Shown piece after piece: positions 14,601 to 24,354 of a DNA stretch of 64,000 nucleotides. The position numbers and the translations under genes are program-made. The stretch is taken from the NCBI GenBank assembly GCA_963752155.1, contig CAVVXH010000011.1, forward strand, positions 256,001-320,000, given 5' to 3'. Each line of letters opens with the position of its first letter. Position 1 is the stretch's first letter. The notes under the pieces were generated by a model. It saw only the letters and a list, made by a program, of their open reading frames with translations. It searched no databases and was not told the origin of the DNA. The DNA comes from an uncultured Parachlamydiaceae bacterium (GTDB taxonomy: Bacteria > Chlamydiota > Chlamydiia > Chlamydiales > Parachlamydiaceae).

Positions 14601-17059
14601 AGAAGTTCTCCATAAAGTGAATAATGAAATTCCTCTGACGTTCCGTCGGGAAAACTAATTTGCAAGGGCAATCCGGCATCATTCGGTTTGTAGGTTGTGA
14701 CCGCTCCATTGGCATCAATTTCTGCAATCAAATTTCCTAGGAAATTATATTTCTTTCGTATTTTGGGCGTAATCCATTCTCCTGTTTCTGTTCTAATCGG
14801 AGGATAGATAATTTCTACGGGTCTTCCTTGTGCGTTATAAGCAAATTTAGTGGTGAATCCATAGGAATCTTGAATCTTAACCAATCTTCCTTCTAAGTCG
14901 TAATCTCTATAGGTGGAGAGCTCGATACCGTCAGTACATTTCAGTGTTTCTTTGATGGGGCGTTGCTGCCAATCGTACGTATATTCCTTTAAGTAATTTA
15001 AATCAGGCCCTTGCAGTTGTATTAAGGATCCATAGAGATTAAATTTTCGATGGGTCTTTTGTCCTATGGGATCTGATTCAATTATAGCATTTCCTCTTAG
15101 ATCGTTTGTCTTTTCAATTTGATACACAAATGCATTATTGGCATCATAGTAGGATTCCTTTTGTACATAACCGTGGGAATCGTAATCTAAAACTGTTCGA
15201 GAAATTCTATGCTCTTCAAGGCCATTTGAGCTCCATAAATCAATTTCTATTGGCAATCCCGCAAAAGTTGTCGTTCTATTTTTCATACGAAGGATTTTAC
15301 GGCACTTTACCCCTGTTAGATCTTCAGGAGAGCTTTTATAACCATCATCTTCAATTTTCAGGGTGCAACCTGCGTTCAAATCAAATTCATAAAATTGACG
15401 TTTTAGAATTTTGCCATCTTGTTGCACGAGAATGGATTTTGTTAAATTCGTTTCTTTTCCTTCACGTTTGTGATAGGTGAAAAGAGTTTCGAGCCTGCCC
15501 TCATGTTCTGTTACAAGTAAATTGAGGGCATTGTAAGTGTAGTGAGTCGATTTGACTTCTCCACCTTTTAGAGAACAATTAGTTTCAGTAGAGAGATCGC
15601 CTTTAACAACAATTGGAGGTGTATTTGCCCCTGTAAAGGTCTTGAAAATGCAATTTTTCTTTAGAACGTTTCCTCGTTCATCATATTCAAATTCTTCTGC
15701 AAAATGGATCACTCCATCCTTATTTTCCACTGTTTTAAAAAGTAAGTCACCTTCAAGCGGAGTCGATTTGGCCCCAAAGTGAAAGTTTTCCCGTCGATAA
15801 ATCGAACGTTTGTTAGAACCTTTATACCTTTCAATGGAACTTAAGCGATAATCTTTGGAGGAATAGTGAAATCGCGTCAGAAAGTTGCAAGAATCATAGA
15901 CATCAGTGAAGGCTTTTTTTGTTTCTTTATTTTTGTAGTAGGCAAATTGGCAGATTGGACGGAGGTCATGATGGTTATTTACTGCCATACTAATTTGGCG
16001 AACACGATCGCGATGGGATTTTTTTAAGGTTTGAGGATTTTCCCCATACACACTCATTGTATCTCCCTTTTTGTAATACTCAATGGCTACTCTATGGTGA
16101 TATCCATATCGATTTGATAGCTTTGACCCATCTTCGGGATTTGTATAGGTATAATATTCAGTGGGGAAATAATTAGATCCAGCTGCATTCATTAAAACAT
16201 TCGGACATCTATAGTCTTCTGTATCATGGAATTCAAAAAAATATCTTACAAGTTTCCCTTCATCTGAATTAGCATCGATTGAAAAGGGTTTTTTCAGATT
16301 TGCCATTTTAATAGGGTTGCCTGTGGGAAATGTAAATGCAATCTGATTAGAAACTTCTTCAGCATGTGTTAGCGCCTTAACTTTGTTTAAGATATGTCCT
16401 TCGGTTTCGTAAGTTGTTTTCAAGCCGTTTGGCCTTTTGGTAAATTTAAGATTATTTTCGGAATGGTGGTCAGGAAGGTGTTTTGAATATGAGACACAAT
16501 GATAAAAATTCTCTGTGCCATCCCCATTGATGACATTAACTCCTGCGTGTGAATGGATCGTCCGGATATTTTTGATGTTGGTTCGACCGGAAATTTCCCC
16601 TTTACCACTGTTTGTCACTCCTTTTCTAAGTATATCTTTATTAATTTTGAGGGGATCTGTCCTTTTTTCAATCGCAGTCTTAAAAGGAATGTCTCCGGAA
16701 ACAGATCCGGAAGTGATCACATGGAAATATTTTTTGCAGGTCGAAGGATAAGTCATGGCGGTCCCGACCATATTGTGGGACCAGTAGTTCCAAAACCCAC
16801 CACATTGAAATCTAGAACTGCAATAGGTTCTTTGTAGGATTAAGGGATTAGAACCGGGAAGTGCAAAATCCACACATGCATAATGGTAATCTCCATTAAT
16901 GACATTCACACCAAAAATGTTCGTCGAAGGGATTCCATAAATCGCTGTTAGGGGTGTATGTGATGATTCCAATATTTCATTTTCAGTTGGAACCGAAGTT
17001 GTATTCGCCAAAAGAAAGAATGGAGTCATCAGAAGAAAGGAAAGAATAAAACAGGACAT
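11615..17059 (-). CDS. Rhs/YD-repeat protein with N-terminal signal peptide and C-terminal alpha/beta-hydrolase-like (DUF687-like) domain
   Basis: Many YD..GR repeats; Rhs core PWRFCGKR...DFGFRCY...W...DPLG...NLYAY...P...IDRYGL; tail with FTNGVNN, VYNATHG and CHSQG. Confidence 0.9.
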   Translation of the reverse strand: MSCFILSFLLMTPFFLLANTTSVPTENEILESSHTPLTAIYGIPSTNIFGVNVINGDYHYACVDFALPGSNPLILQRTYCSSRFQCGGFWNYWSHNMVGTAMTYPSTCKKYFHVITSGSVSGDIPFKTAIEKRTDPLKINKDILRKGVTNSGKGEISGRTNIKNIRTIHSHAGVNVINGDGTENFYHCVSYSKHLPDHHSENNLKFTKRPNGLKTTYETEGHILNKVKALTHAEEVSNQIAFTFPTGNPIKMANLKKPFSIDANSDEGKLVRYFFEFHDTEDYRCPNVLMNAAGSNYFPTEYYTYTNPEDGSKLSNRYGYHHRVAIEYYKKGDTMSVYGENPQTLKKSHRDRVRQISMAVNNHHDLRPICQFAYYKNKETKKAFTDVYDSCNFLTRFHYSSKDYRLSSIERYKGSNKRSIYRRENFHFGAKSTPLEGDLLFKTVENKDGVIHFAEEFEYDERGNVLKKNCIFKTFTGANTPPIVVKGDLSTETNCSLKGGEVKSTHYTYNALNLLVTEHEGRLETLFTYHKREGKETNLTKSILVQQDGKILKRQFYEFDLNAGCTLKIEDDGYKSSPEDLTGVKCRKILRMKNRTTTFAGLPIEIDLWSSNGLEEHRISRTVLDYDSHGYVQKESYYDANNAFVYQIEKTNDLRGNAIIESDPIGQKTHRKFNLYGSLIQLQGPDLNYLKEYTYDWQQRPIKETLKCTDGIELSTYRDYDLEGRLVKIQDSYGFTTKFAYNAQGRPVEIIYPPIRTETGEWITPKIRKKYNFLGNLIAEIDANGAVTTYKPNDAGLPLQISFPDGTSEEFHYSLYGELLEKKERNNSKVLYAYDALSRLISETTYDCDGKLLKEISKKYSGSLLVSETDEEGVKTKYKYDFAGRVLEIRKGNRLTKYVYDALGRIDEEWHYFGDNDQDYIATKFEYDLLNRVIARSEVDATGRIYTKTRTAYDASNHVISTTKQTHGGEATTKNTYDPRGNLSSTTDALGNTTYYRHHYDFLYEGINLPCLEMVDPKGVKTMTLSDAKGSPVSTKMFSPSGKLLSNVEYYYDLNGKMVRKEHHLPNETIFTLYEYDSCSRLIHQVNGAGTSEQIATSFIYNHRGELSENQYANGTSKHSLYDGIGRLAEEWSNDKSVHYHYIYNKKSQPTIVENLNTHKKTVRKYSSEGALLSEKFENGLKICYVYDRMNRLVECIYPDGTSVKQTYSPVFLTKSERIKNGQKVYQTEFKNFDRTGKPRRIVFPQKSGTLELEYDPLTRAISIIYPFYQEKEICYDSRGTLVSKIVNGDLQQFKHDHLQQLTQEKTALYSHRYKNDALNRQISVDGQQQTHNALLQLVQGADETYTYDAKGRRTKDSKTQFTYDSFDRLITIEQDNSTWTYTYDSFNRKMSRTCNGETLYYLYNNHEEIGSYSSNNECIDLKVLSGGEESMPMAIELGENLYSPIFSSQRHIVGLVEMKSGKLADLSFLTMFGKDLKETPLSPWRFCGKRHETSSIGIIDFGFRCYHPKSAQWLMQDPLGQSGGPNLYAYVKNSPASYIDRYGLMSVAISIIPEQDKNPYDTIDFSGNTSAELPQITYNDNFEKTHNDLILDGGICEGICIENYWKPSCISDLGLTELPEGRRIGFTNGVNNSFKDYNESSTYLSSMIGGFNIHGVYNATHGLMGDAEEYIYGYQFTATEPVRLLHQEWNDFFKDGYKDVNYLQICHSQGAVNVRNALIDYPEELRKHIDVLAIAPGGYIFQRTCAQVQHYRAAWYRDLIPHFDGRGSRCSKDTTTQLKSHPDAPWHDHLFTSPTYYGVLEHNIKNYIEQGKL

Positions 17060-17409
17060 GTTAATTCCTCAAAATTATAAGGTTTTTTGTGAAGTTTTTG
17101 TTTGAAGGCTCATTCTATGTTTTAAGAATTTCAGATTCAAGCACTTTATAAATTAAAATAAATATATATATTTCAATTATTTATTTTATAAAGTTATTTT
17201 TGTTGAAGTTTTAAGGTTATTCGAGTAATTGTGGAGAGTAGTTGTGGAGATAGTAGATTAATCTTTTTTTGATATGTAAAACGTCAGCGTGGAATCGTAG
17301 CAAAAAAAATCAGGATATGGAAATTAACACTTATTCACGATGTTGTCTGGATATTTTTTTTATGTAGACCTAATCAACGATGCAAACTATACAGTGATGC
17401 AAACGGTAC

Positions 17410-17625
17410 AACGATAAGAACGATAAAAACGATAAGAACGATGAGAACGATAAAAACGATAAAAACGATAAAAACGATAAAAACGATAAGAACGATAAGA
17501 ACGATAAGAACGATAAAAACGATAAGAACGATAAAAACGATAAAAACGATAAGAACGATAAAAACGATAAGAACGATAAGAACGATAAGAAAGATAAGAA
17601 AGATGATAACGATAAAAAACGATAG
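17410..17625 (+). repeat. 9-bp tandem array (AACGATAAG/AACGATAAA), about 24 units
   Basis: Directly visible. Confidence 0.97.
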
Positions 17626-17638
17626 ATTAGTCTAGACC

Positions 17639-17690
17639 ATCATTTATACTACCAATGCAGTAGAATCGTTACATCGCCAGTTTAGAAAAA
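17639..17690 (+). pseudogene. IS256-family transposase remnant
   Basis: Reads IIYTTNAVESLHRQFRK, the conserved IS256/mutator catalytic-E motif. Confidence 0.8.
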
Positions 17691-17744
17691 AGGGTGGAAA
17701 GCCCCTATCCCTTGACTGAGCCCTCACCGCTTTGAGATTATCTT

Positions 17745-17877
17745 TTTATCGTTTTTATCGTTCCTATCGTTCTTATCGTTCCTATCGTTCTTATCGTTCC
17801 TATCGTTCTTATCGTTCTTATCGTTCTTATCGTTCCTATCGTTCTTATCGTTCTTATCGTTTTTATCGTTTTTACCG
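17745..17877 (-). repeat. Inverted copy of the 9-bp tandem array, about 14 units
   Basis: (TTATCGTTC/CTATCGTTC/TTATCGTTT)n. Confidence 0.95.
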
Positions 17878-17926
17878 TTGATCCACGGTAGTAACAGAAC
17901 GTGTCAAGCTGTATACTCGGACTGCA

Positions 17927-18002
17927 TACGCATCAGGATAAGGAAATAAAATTTAAATTTCATTATTTCACTATTTCATTATTTCCTTATCCTGATGCGT
18001 AT
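17927..18002. repeat. Long inverted repeat (possible terminator or MITE)
   Basis: tacgcatcaggataaggaaata ... tatttccttatcctgatgcgta, just past the 3' end of 18019..18423. Confidence 0.75.
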
Positions 18003-18018
18003 AGATCGGAAGGATGAG

Positions 18019-18423
18019 CTACAGTTCGCTCAATGATGAGGCAGAATTTCTAAATGCAATCTCCCGGGGCCTAAAGAGTTGATTGATTCTAACCACTTCA
18101 CCCGTATGCAAATCAAATGAACGTTCGGGAACATCTTCAAAAAAATGGTCCGCATTCGGTATTAAAAACTGAACCGAATACCTTCCAACAGGTAAATTCT
18201 CAATCACAACCATACGAAATTGACAATTATCACTTTCACTATGATTAAAAAATTTTGGGTAAAACTGCCCCTCTAACTGTTCGTTCCAAAGACGAAAACG
18301 CACACGATCAAGACGTTCTTCTCTGGGACCAGTTTGGAAACTAACAACAAGGGTCCCTGATTCCTTCCCGATGCAATGCAATGCCTGAAAAATAAAAAAT
18401 AGAAATAAAAAAAAATTGCACAT
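18019..18423 (-). CDS. Hypothetical exported protein
   Basis: 134-aa ORF with a hydrophobic N-terminus and beta-sandwich-like NLPVGRYSV motif. Confidence 0.6.
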   Translation of the reverse strand: MCNFFLFLFFIFQALHCIGKESGTLVVSFQTGPREERLDRVRFRLWNEQLEGQFYPKFFNHSESDNCQFRMVVIENLPVGRYSVQFLIPNADHFFEDVPERSFDLHTGEVVRINQLFRPREIAFRNSASSLSEL

Positions 18424-18557
18424 GCGTGGCGACTGAAAAGATGATTAAATTTTACTTTACTTTAAGATTTTTTCTTTTCTTTTGCTATAAAGAAATGAAA
18501 CTTCTAGCAAATTAAAGTCATCCAAGGAACAATAGTACTTTCCCATTTTGAGGATTT

Positions 18558-19604
18558 ATGAAGTCTGCAATTTTAATTTTTATCTCTTTATGGTTGTGTG
18601 CTTGCACGTCAACTAACTGCTGTGATTTCCCACTGATGGGTGCTGATGAGTTTGTCATGGATTCATATATAATCCGACAAGGCAAGCTTGCAATTTTGGA
18701 AATGGAAGGTATTGATGTCGAACCAATGCCAGAAAATGCCATGTATGAGTATCTAGACACCATTGTCGAAGATGACCTGTTAAATATTGTCATCTACCAT
18801 CCTTCCAGACGAGATTTAATGGAATCCATACAATTCATCAATCATGCTGTGGGTGGATTTCGTGTCAAAGATGGAAATGTCAATTTACCAGATATCCCCC
18901 CTGTGCAAGTTGAAGGGCTCAGTTTAGAAGATGCTCGACAAAAAATCCAATGCGAATTTCAAAGTCAAATCAGCAATGTTGAAGTCTTTGTCACCTATCA
19001 GGATCGTCAAAAAAATAAAGTCGAACTCACAGGACTCGTCAACACTCCCTCCATCCCCGTAGATGGCAAAATGCGCCTTTATGAAACCATTGCCAAAGCA
19101 CGTATCCCACCGGATGCCAATCTATTTATGAGCTATGTATTGCGCTGCGGCCGCCCCTTGCCAATCGATTTACATCAACTCATCAACGAAGGGGACATGT
19201 GCCAAAATATTGTGATGCGTGGCGGAGACAAAATCTTCATTGCAAGTCCAAAAGATGGTCTAGCCGTAGTAATGGGAGAAGTGGTAAGACCCGGCCCTGT
19301 ACCCCTTCCCTACGGATTTCTTTCTCTACGTGAAGCTCTTGTCACCAGCGGAGGAATCCCCTTCACAGGAGATAAAAGGCACATTCAAATCATTCGAGGC
19401 AATTTACAGTGTCCAAAAATCTACGAGCTCTCCTGGGAACATATCATTCACCTACCTAATGACAGCCTCTTAGTGATGCCTGGAGATACAATTTACGTTT
19501 CCGCCAAACCAATCACAGAGTGGAATCGATTTATTGATCAACTATTGCCCACAGTTCTTTTGTTTAAATCAGGACATAGCGTTTATACCGTATTTGGAGA
19601 TTAA
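18558..19604 (+). CDS. wza: Polysaccharide biosynthesis/export lipoprotein (Wza-like)
   Basis: Lipobox-like LCAC, DG.VNLPDI..V.VEGLSLE, and SLBB-type repeats (GEVVRPG, PGDTIYV). Confidence 0.85.
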   Translation: MKSAILIFISLWLCACTSTNCCDFPLMGADEFVMDSYIIRQGKLAILEMEGIDVEPMPENAMYEYLDTIVEDDLLNIVIYHPSRRDLMESIQFINHAVGGFRVKDGNVNLPDIPPVQVEGLSLEDARQKIQCEFQSQISNVEVFVTYQDRQKNKVELTGLVNTPSIPVDGKMRLYETIAKARIPPDANLFMSYVLRCGRPLPIDLHQLINEGDMCQNIVMRGGDKIFIASPKDGLAVVMGEVVRPGPVPLPYGFLSLREALVTSGGIPFTGDKRHIQIIRGNLQCPKIYELSWEHIIHLPNDSLLVMPGDTIYVSAKPITEWNRFIDQLLPTVLLFKSGHSVYTVFGD

Positions 19605-19613
19605 TTTTTTATC

Positions 19614-22301
19614 ATGAGTAAAAATGCATCTATAAAAAACCATGACAACGCAAGCTCTAACATCTTGCTTTCCCTTTCTGACTTTAAACGGATTTGTCAA
19701 AAATGGAAACGACCCATTATCCGAAGTAGCTTACTCTGTGCAGCTTTAGGGGTAATTGTATCCTTACTGCTACCCGTTAAATATACCTCTGAAGCCACTT
19801 TTTATGAAAAAGCTAAATCTTCAAATGGCAGCAACAGTTCTACAAAAAATACTGCTCTGCTCTTGTTAGGAGAGGAAAGAGAAAATTCGGCAATCGTCAT
19901 GCTAAAGTCTCGTAAAATCCTCGAGTCTGCAATCAAAAAACTCGATTTACAAGCGACCATAGAGCCCTATACCATCCTTCCCACCGCAATCACTAAAATC
20001 ATCCAACATCTCAACTATGCAAAAGAAAATCTGATGGCTCAAGGAGCCTACCTGATTAGAAGCAAATATCCCATCATCAAGGATACAATTCCCGAAATAG
20101 TCGCAAAGAACCTCAACTATTCCGGAGAAGTTCCTTTATATTACGAGTTACAATTCACTTCTCCAACAAAATATATCGTCATTGACTCGATCGAGGGAAG
20201 AATCGGAGAAGGTTCATTAGGCATCCCTTTTCAACGGGAAAATATACAGTTTACTTTGGAGGCAACTCCTCGCACAGCTTCTCATCAAAGCGCTTATCAA
20301 ATGAAAGTCAAACCTATCCGTCAGATGGCCGAAGATGTATCCTCAGACCTAAAAGTTGTTTCTGACTATAAAGACAAATCATTTATCACCTTAACGCTAC
20401 AGTTTCGATCACGCCAAGAAACAAGCACTCTTTTAAATGCTATCATGGGAGCTTACCGAAAACATTTACATGATGAACATCACTTAACAGTTGCGAGCCA
20501 AGTCGAGTACTTAAAAGATCGTCGTCATGATATGGAAGAACAACTTTCCACAGTCATGCAGGAACACGCAGAACAACTTTCGGTTCATGCAGGGAATTTG
20601 GATCTGCTTGTAGCAACTCAACAAAATTTACAAAAAAAACTTCTTACTATCGATCTTGAAATCAAACATATTCAACAAGTTCTCAATGAGGGTCCTCATC
20701 TTCAAGCTCAATATTCTTCAGAAAGCGATCCTCCATTTATCCATCAGACCCTAGCAGAAATCCGACGTTATCAACAACACTGTGACTCAATTGACATTGC
20801 ATTAGGAAATTCATCCGACAAAAGTATTAAATTACATCCTATGCCTCTAAATCCTCAATGGGAGAGATTAGCATCGATTCGACAGCTGATCCATGAGCAA
20901 ACTCCTGCACAAGAATTTCAGGGAATCGATTTAGAAACCGCCAATGCCCTATACCTTTCGCAATGTCGTGAATTGAGTGAAACAGAAGCAAACGCTAACC
21001 AATATAAATATATCATTGATAAAATTCCAAATCCAGACTTTGAAATGAGTTCTTTGATAGCCATTTTGACTGATCCTGTAAGCCAAGAGATCGTTAAAAA
21101 GGCAAGTACACTCGCTGTAACTATAAAAGATCAATCCAATCGCACTCAGAAAGAACTCGAGCGTTTAAATCACGATTTAGATTTACAACGAAACGTTCTT
21201 AGCATCCATTTGAACCACATCATCGAAATTTCAAAATTGCGAGCAGACTTTCTTCGCTCTAAAATTAAATCCATTCAGGCTGTCACTTTTGAACTACTTC
21301 AGCAGAAAATTTCACTATTGGAAAAATCCTTATATGACTACGCAACGTCCCGTCTCAACAGCTTAAAACATGAACAAACTTTGATCCTTCAACAAAAACA
21401 GGCTTTACAAAATGATTTTGAAAAGCTGCCTGAACAATGGGCAACAGAAAAGCTTCTCAATCTATATCTTCAAACAGATGCCACCGTCATGCAAACTATT
21501 GGAAGCTTAATTGAATCAAAAAATATTTCCGATCATTTAGAAATGTCTCTCTCAGCTCCTTTTGATTCGGCAACCCCTCCTTTGCATCCTAAATCCCCCC
21601 ACCTTCTCATTTGGGCTCTTCTTGGAGCTTTCTTAGGTGGTGTAGGTATGACGTTCTTTGCAATCACTCAAGCTGTCAAAGAAGGTATTGATGCTACAGA
21701 AGATAATTTATGTCTAGCGGGTCAACACGTTGCAGGGGCTCTATCGCCAAATTACCCAAAAGAAGAAAATCTTGAAACGTTAAGACATTTGGCAGCTTAT
21801 CTTTGCCCGATACAAACTCAAGTAATCAATTCGAATCGTGCTGAAGCTCTGCTTTTACTTGAAAATAATGGCTATAGCTACGCTGCAGAATTTGCAGAAC
21901 TCCTCAGCAAACGAAACCTTAAAGTTATCCTCATATGGATGACATTCGATGCAGTAGAAAGCTCATCAGATGGGTTATTATCCTATCTACAGGGCTTTTC
22001 AAAAAAAATCGAAATCAAACACGAAACGTCATTTGATGAGATCTCTGCTGGAGGTACAACGTCCTATAATGTGGAACTTCTTGAATCACCCACATTTCAA
22101 AAGTTATTATCTCAATTGCGAGAAAATTACGATTATATTATTGCTGTTAGTAAAGCTTCTCTCCTAAGCGCAGAAGCTGAGGCCCTTCTTGCACTATTTG
22201 ATGGTGCAGCGATAACAATTACAGACCAAAAACTGCATGAACTTGACGGTTTCTTTGCTCAAGAGAAAAAGCATTCCTTTATCATCTCATATCCGGAGTA
22301 G
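19614..22301 (+). CDS. Wzc/GumC-like polysaccharide co-polymerase with degenerate kinase domain
   Basis: TM1 followed by P.KY.SEA, LKSR, coiled coil, A.PP..PKSP, TM2 and LRENYDYII; no recognisable Walker A or C-terminal Tyr cluster. Confidence 0.8.
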   Translation: MSKNASIKNHDNASSNILLSLSDFKRICQKWKRPIIRSSLLCAALGVIVSLLLPVKYTSEATFYEKAKSSNGSNSSTKNTALLLLGEERENSAIVMLKSRKILESAIKKLDLQATIEPYTILPTAITKIIQHLNYAKENLMAQGAYLIRSKYPIIKDTIPEIVAKNLNYSGEVPLYYELQFTSPTKYIVIDSIEGRIGEGSLGIPFQRENIQFTLEATPRTASHQSAYQMKVKPIRQMAEDVSSDLKVVSDYKDKSFITLTLQFRSRQETSTLLNAIMGAYRKHLHDEHHLTVASQVEYLKDRRHDMEEQLSTVMQEHAEQLSVHAGNLDLLVATQQNLQKKLLTIDLEIKHIQQVLNEGPHLQAQYSSESDPPFIHQTLAEIRRYQQHCDSIDIALGNSSDKSIKLHPMPLNPQWERLASIRQLIHEQTPAQEFQGIDLETANALYLSQCRELSETEANANQYKYIIDKIPNPDFEMSSLIAILTDPVSQEIVKKASTLAVTIKDQSNRTQKELERLNHDLDLQRNVLSIHLNHIIEISKLRADFLRSKIKSIQAVTFELLQQKISLLEKSLYDYATSRLNSLKHEQTLILQQKQALQNDFEKLPEQWATEKLLNLYLQTDATVMQTIGSLIESKNISDHLEMSLSAPFDSATPPLHPKSPHLLIWALLGAFLGGVGMTFFAITQAVKEGIDATEDNLCLAGQHVAGALSPNYPKEENLETLRHLAAYLCPIQTQVINSNRAEALLLLENNGYSYAAEFAELLSKRNLKVILIWMTFDAVESSSDGLLSYLQGFSKKIEIKHETSFDEISAGGTTSYNVELLESPTFQKLLSQLRENYDYIIAVSKASLLSAEAEALLALFDGAAITITDQKLHELDGFFAQEKKHSFIISYPE

Positions 22302-22309
22302 TACTGAAG

Positions 22310-23377
22310 ATGGAAATAGTTTCGTATCTCGATTTAAACGGAGTCCTTTCCGAAAGCTACCACGATACGATAGATCCGAAAATACTTCTCAAGGGTTATC
22401 GAACGATGGCCTTGACTCGACATATCGATGAACGGATGATCACTCTGCAAAGACAGGGAACGATCACCTTTGCGATGAGTTCCCTTGGAGAAGAAGCTTG
22501 TTCAGTAGCAAGCGCTGCTGCATTACAGCCGCAAGATTGGATGTATCCTCAATATCGTGAAGCAGCAATATTTTTTTGGCGTGGTGGAACCCCTCAACAA
22601 TATATCCACCATATGTTTTGCAATGAAATGGATATTCTTCAAGGGCGTCAAATGCCCAATCATTTCGGTTCACGTCAGCTGAATATTGTTCAGGTCTCTT
22701 CCCCAATAGGCACTAAAATTCCTCACGCAGCAGGATGCGGCTATGCAATGCGCATAAAAAAAGAAGATGGCGTAGCTATTTGTTACTTTGGCGAAGGAGC
22801 CACCTCCGAGGGAGATTTTCATGTTGGAATCAATTTTGCCGCGGTCCGCAAATCTCAAACAATCTTCTTCTGCCGTAATAATGGTTACGCCATTTCAACT
22901 CCCTGTAGCGAACAATTTGCTTCTGATGGTATTGCCCCAAAGGGCATTGGCTATGGGATTCAATCCGTTCGCGTAGATGGAAATGATTTTTTTGCTGTCT
23001 ATGATGTAGTAGCTAAGGCGAGGGCCCATTGTCTTGCTGGAAAAGGGCCTGTTTTAATTGAGGCCATGACCTATCGAATGGGAGCACACTCCACTTCAGA
23101 CGATCCCTCCATTTATCGCAAAGATGAAGAGGTCAAAAGCTGGGAACCAAAAGATCCTCTTCTACGTTTAGGCCTCTATCTTAAAAAACAAAAACTCATG
23201 AATGATGAACAAGAATGTCTACTGCAAAAATCTATCACTGAAGAAGTCGATGTGGCTATAGCAGAAGCTAAGATTTGTAGAAAACCCTCTTTACGCTCCA
23301 TGTTTGAGAACGTTTATTTTGAAGTCCCTTCTCATCTTGAACGTCAATACGAACAACGCTTACAGGAGAACGTGTAA
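22310..23377 (+). CDS. bkdA1: 2-oxoacid (branched-chain type) dehydrogenase E1 alpha
   Basis: GRQMP.HFG, TPP motif GEGATSEGDFH...NN.YAIS, TYRMGAHSTSDDP. Confidence 0.9.
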   Translation: MEIVSYLDLNGVLSESYHDTIDPKILLKGYRTMALTRHIDERMITLQRQGTITFAMSSLGEEACSVASAAALQPQDWMYPQYREAAIFFWRGGTPQQYIHHMFCNEMDILQGRQMPNHFGSRQLNIVQVSSPIGTKIPHAAGCGYAMRIKKEDGVAICYFGEGATSEGDFHVGINFAAVRKSQTIFFCRNNGYAISTPCSEQFASDGIAPKGIGYGIQSVRVDGNDFFAVYDVVAKARAHCLAGKGPVLIEAMTYRMGAHSTSDDPSIYRKDEEVKSWEPKDPLLRLGLYLKKQKLMNDEQECLLQKSITEEVDVAIAEAKICRKPSLRSMFENVYFEVPSHLERQYEQRLQENV

Positions 23378-24354
23378 TGCCTGTCATGAACATCATTCAA
23401 TCCCTCAATCATACCCTACATGAGGCATTTGCTGCTGACGAGCGATTATTGACTTTTGGAGAAGATGTGGGTGCTTTTGGCGGTGTCTTTAGAGTAACAT
23501 CCGGTCTTCAAAAGGAATTTGGTGATGCACGTTGCTTTAATACTCCGCTTGCAGAAGGGGGAATTATCGGGTTTGGAATTGGTATCGCACAAAAAGGTCT
23601 TAAGCCTATTTGTGAAATACAATTTGCCGACTATATTTTTCCTGCTTATGATCAAATTGTCAATGAACTTGCTAAGATGCGATATCGCACGGGTAATCAA
23701 TACAGTACTCCACTCATTATTAGAACACCTTGCGGTGGAGGAATTCACGGCGGCCACTATCATTCTCAATCCCCCGAAGCCCAATTCTTGCACACTCCAG
23801 GTCTCAATGTCGTTTATATTTCATCGCCTTACGATGCTAAGGGGTTATTACTGACTGCTATTGAAAGCAATGATCCAGTACTTATCTTCGAACCGAAACG
23901 ACTCTACCGTTCATTAAAAGAAGAGGTTCCTCTCGAAAAATACATGATTCCATTCGGACAAGCCCACATTGCACGGAGGGGTAAATCCATCACTCTTTTA
24001 GGATGGGGCGCGCAACATCATCAAAACTGCCAAGCTGCCGATGAATTACGAAAAAGCCACAATCTTGAGGTTGAAGTCATCAATTTGCGCACATTAAATC
24101 CACTTGACCTTGATGCAATTGTTAACTCCATAAAAAAAACAGGACGCTGCGTCATTGCTCATGAAGCCCCTCAGACAATGGGATTTGGAGCTGAACTTGC
24201 GGCCCTAATCATGGAGGAATGTTTTCTGTATCTCGAAGCCCCTGTCAAAAGATGCTGTGGCCTTGATACCCCTTTTCCCAACGCCCTGGAGAATGAATAT
24301 TTGCCGGAAGCTCCGCGCGTCAAACAAGCAATCCTGGAAGTGATGGAGTATTGA
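23377..24354 (+). CDS. bkdA2: 2-oxoacid (branched-chain type) dehydrogenase E1 beta
   Basis: GEDVG.FGGVFR.T, NTPLAE, EIQFADY, HSQSPE. Confidence 0.92.
   Translation: MPVMNIIQSLNHTLHEAFAADERLLTFGEDVGAFGGVFRVTSGLQKEFGDARCFNTPLAEGGIIGFGIGIAQKGLKPICEIQFADYIFPAYDQIVNELAKMRYRTGNQYSTPLIIRTPCGGGIHGGHYHSQSPEAQFLHTPGLNVVYISSPYDAKGLLLTAIESNDPVLIFEPKRLYRSLKEEVPLEKYMIPFGQAHIARRGKSITLLGWGAQHHQNCQAADELRKSHNLEVEVINLRTLNPLDLDAIVNSIKKTGRCVIAHEAPQTMGFGAELAALIMEECFLYLEAPVKRCCGLDTPFPNALENEYLPEAPRVKQAILEVMEY

Noticed and set aside
17441..17635. 64-aa ORF (RTIKTI)n
   Set aside because: Translation of the tandem repeat; no RBS or other coding evidence
17410..17877. CRISPR array
   Set aside because: Contiguous 9-bp units with no unique spacers and no cas genes in the window
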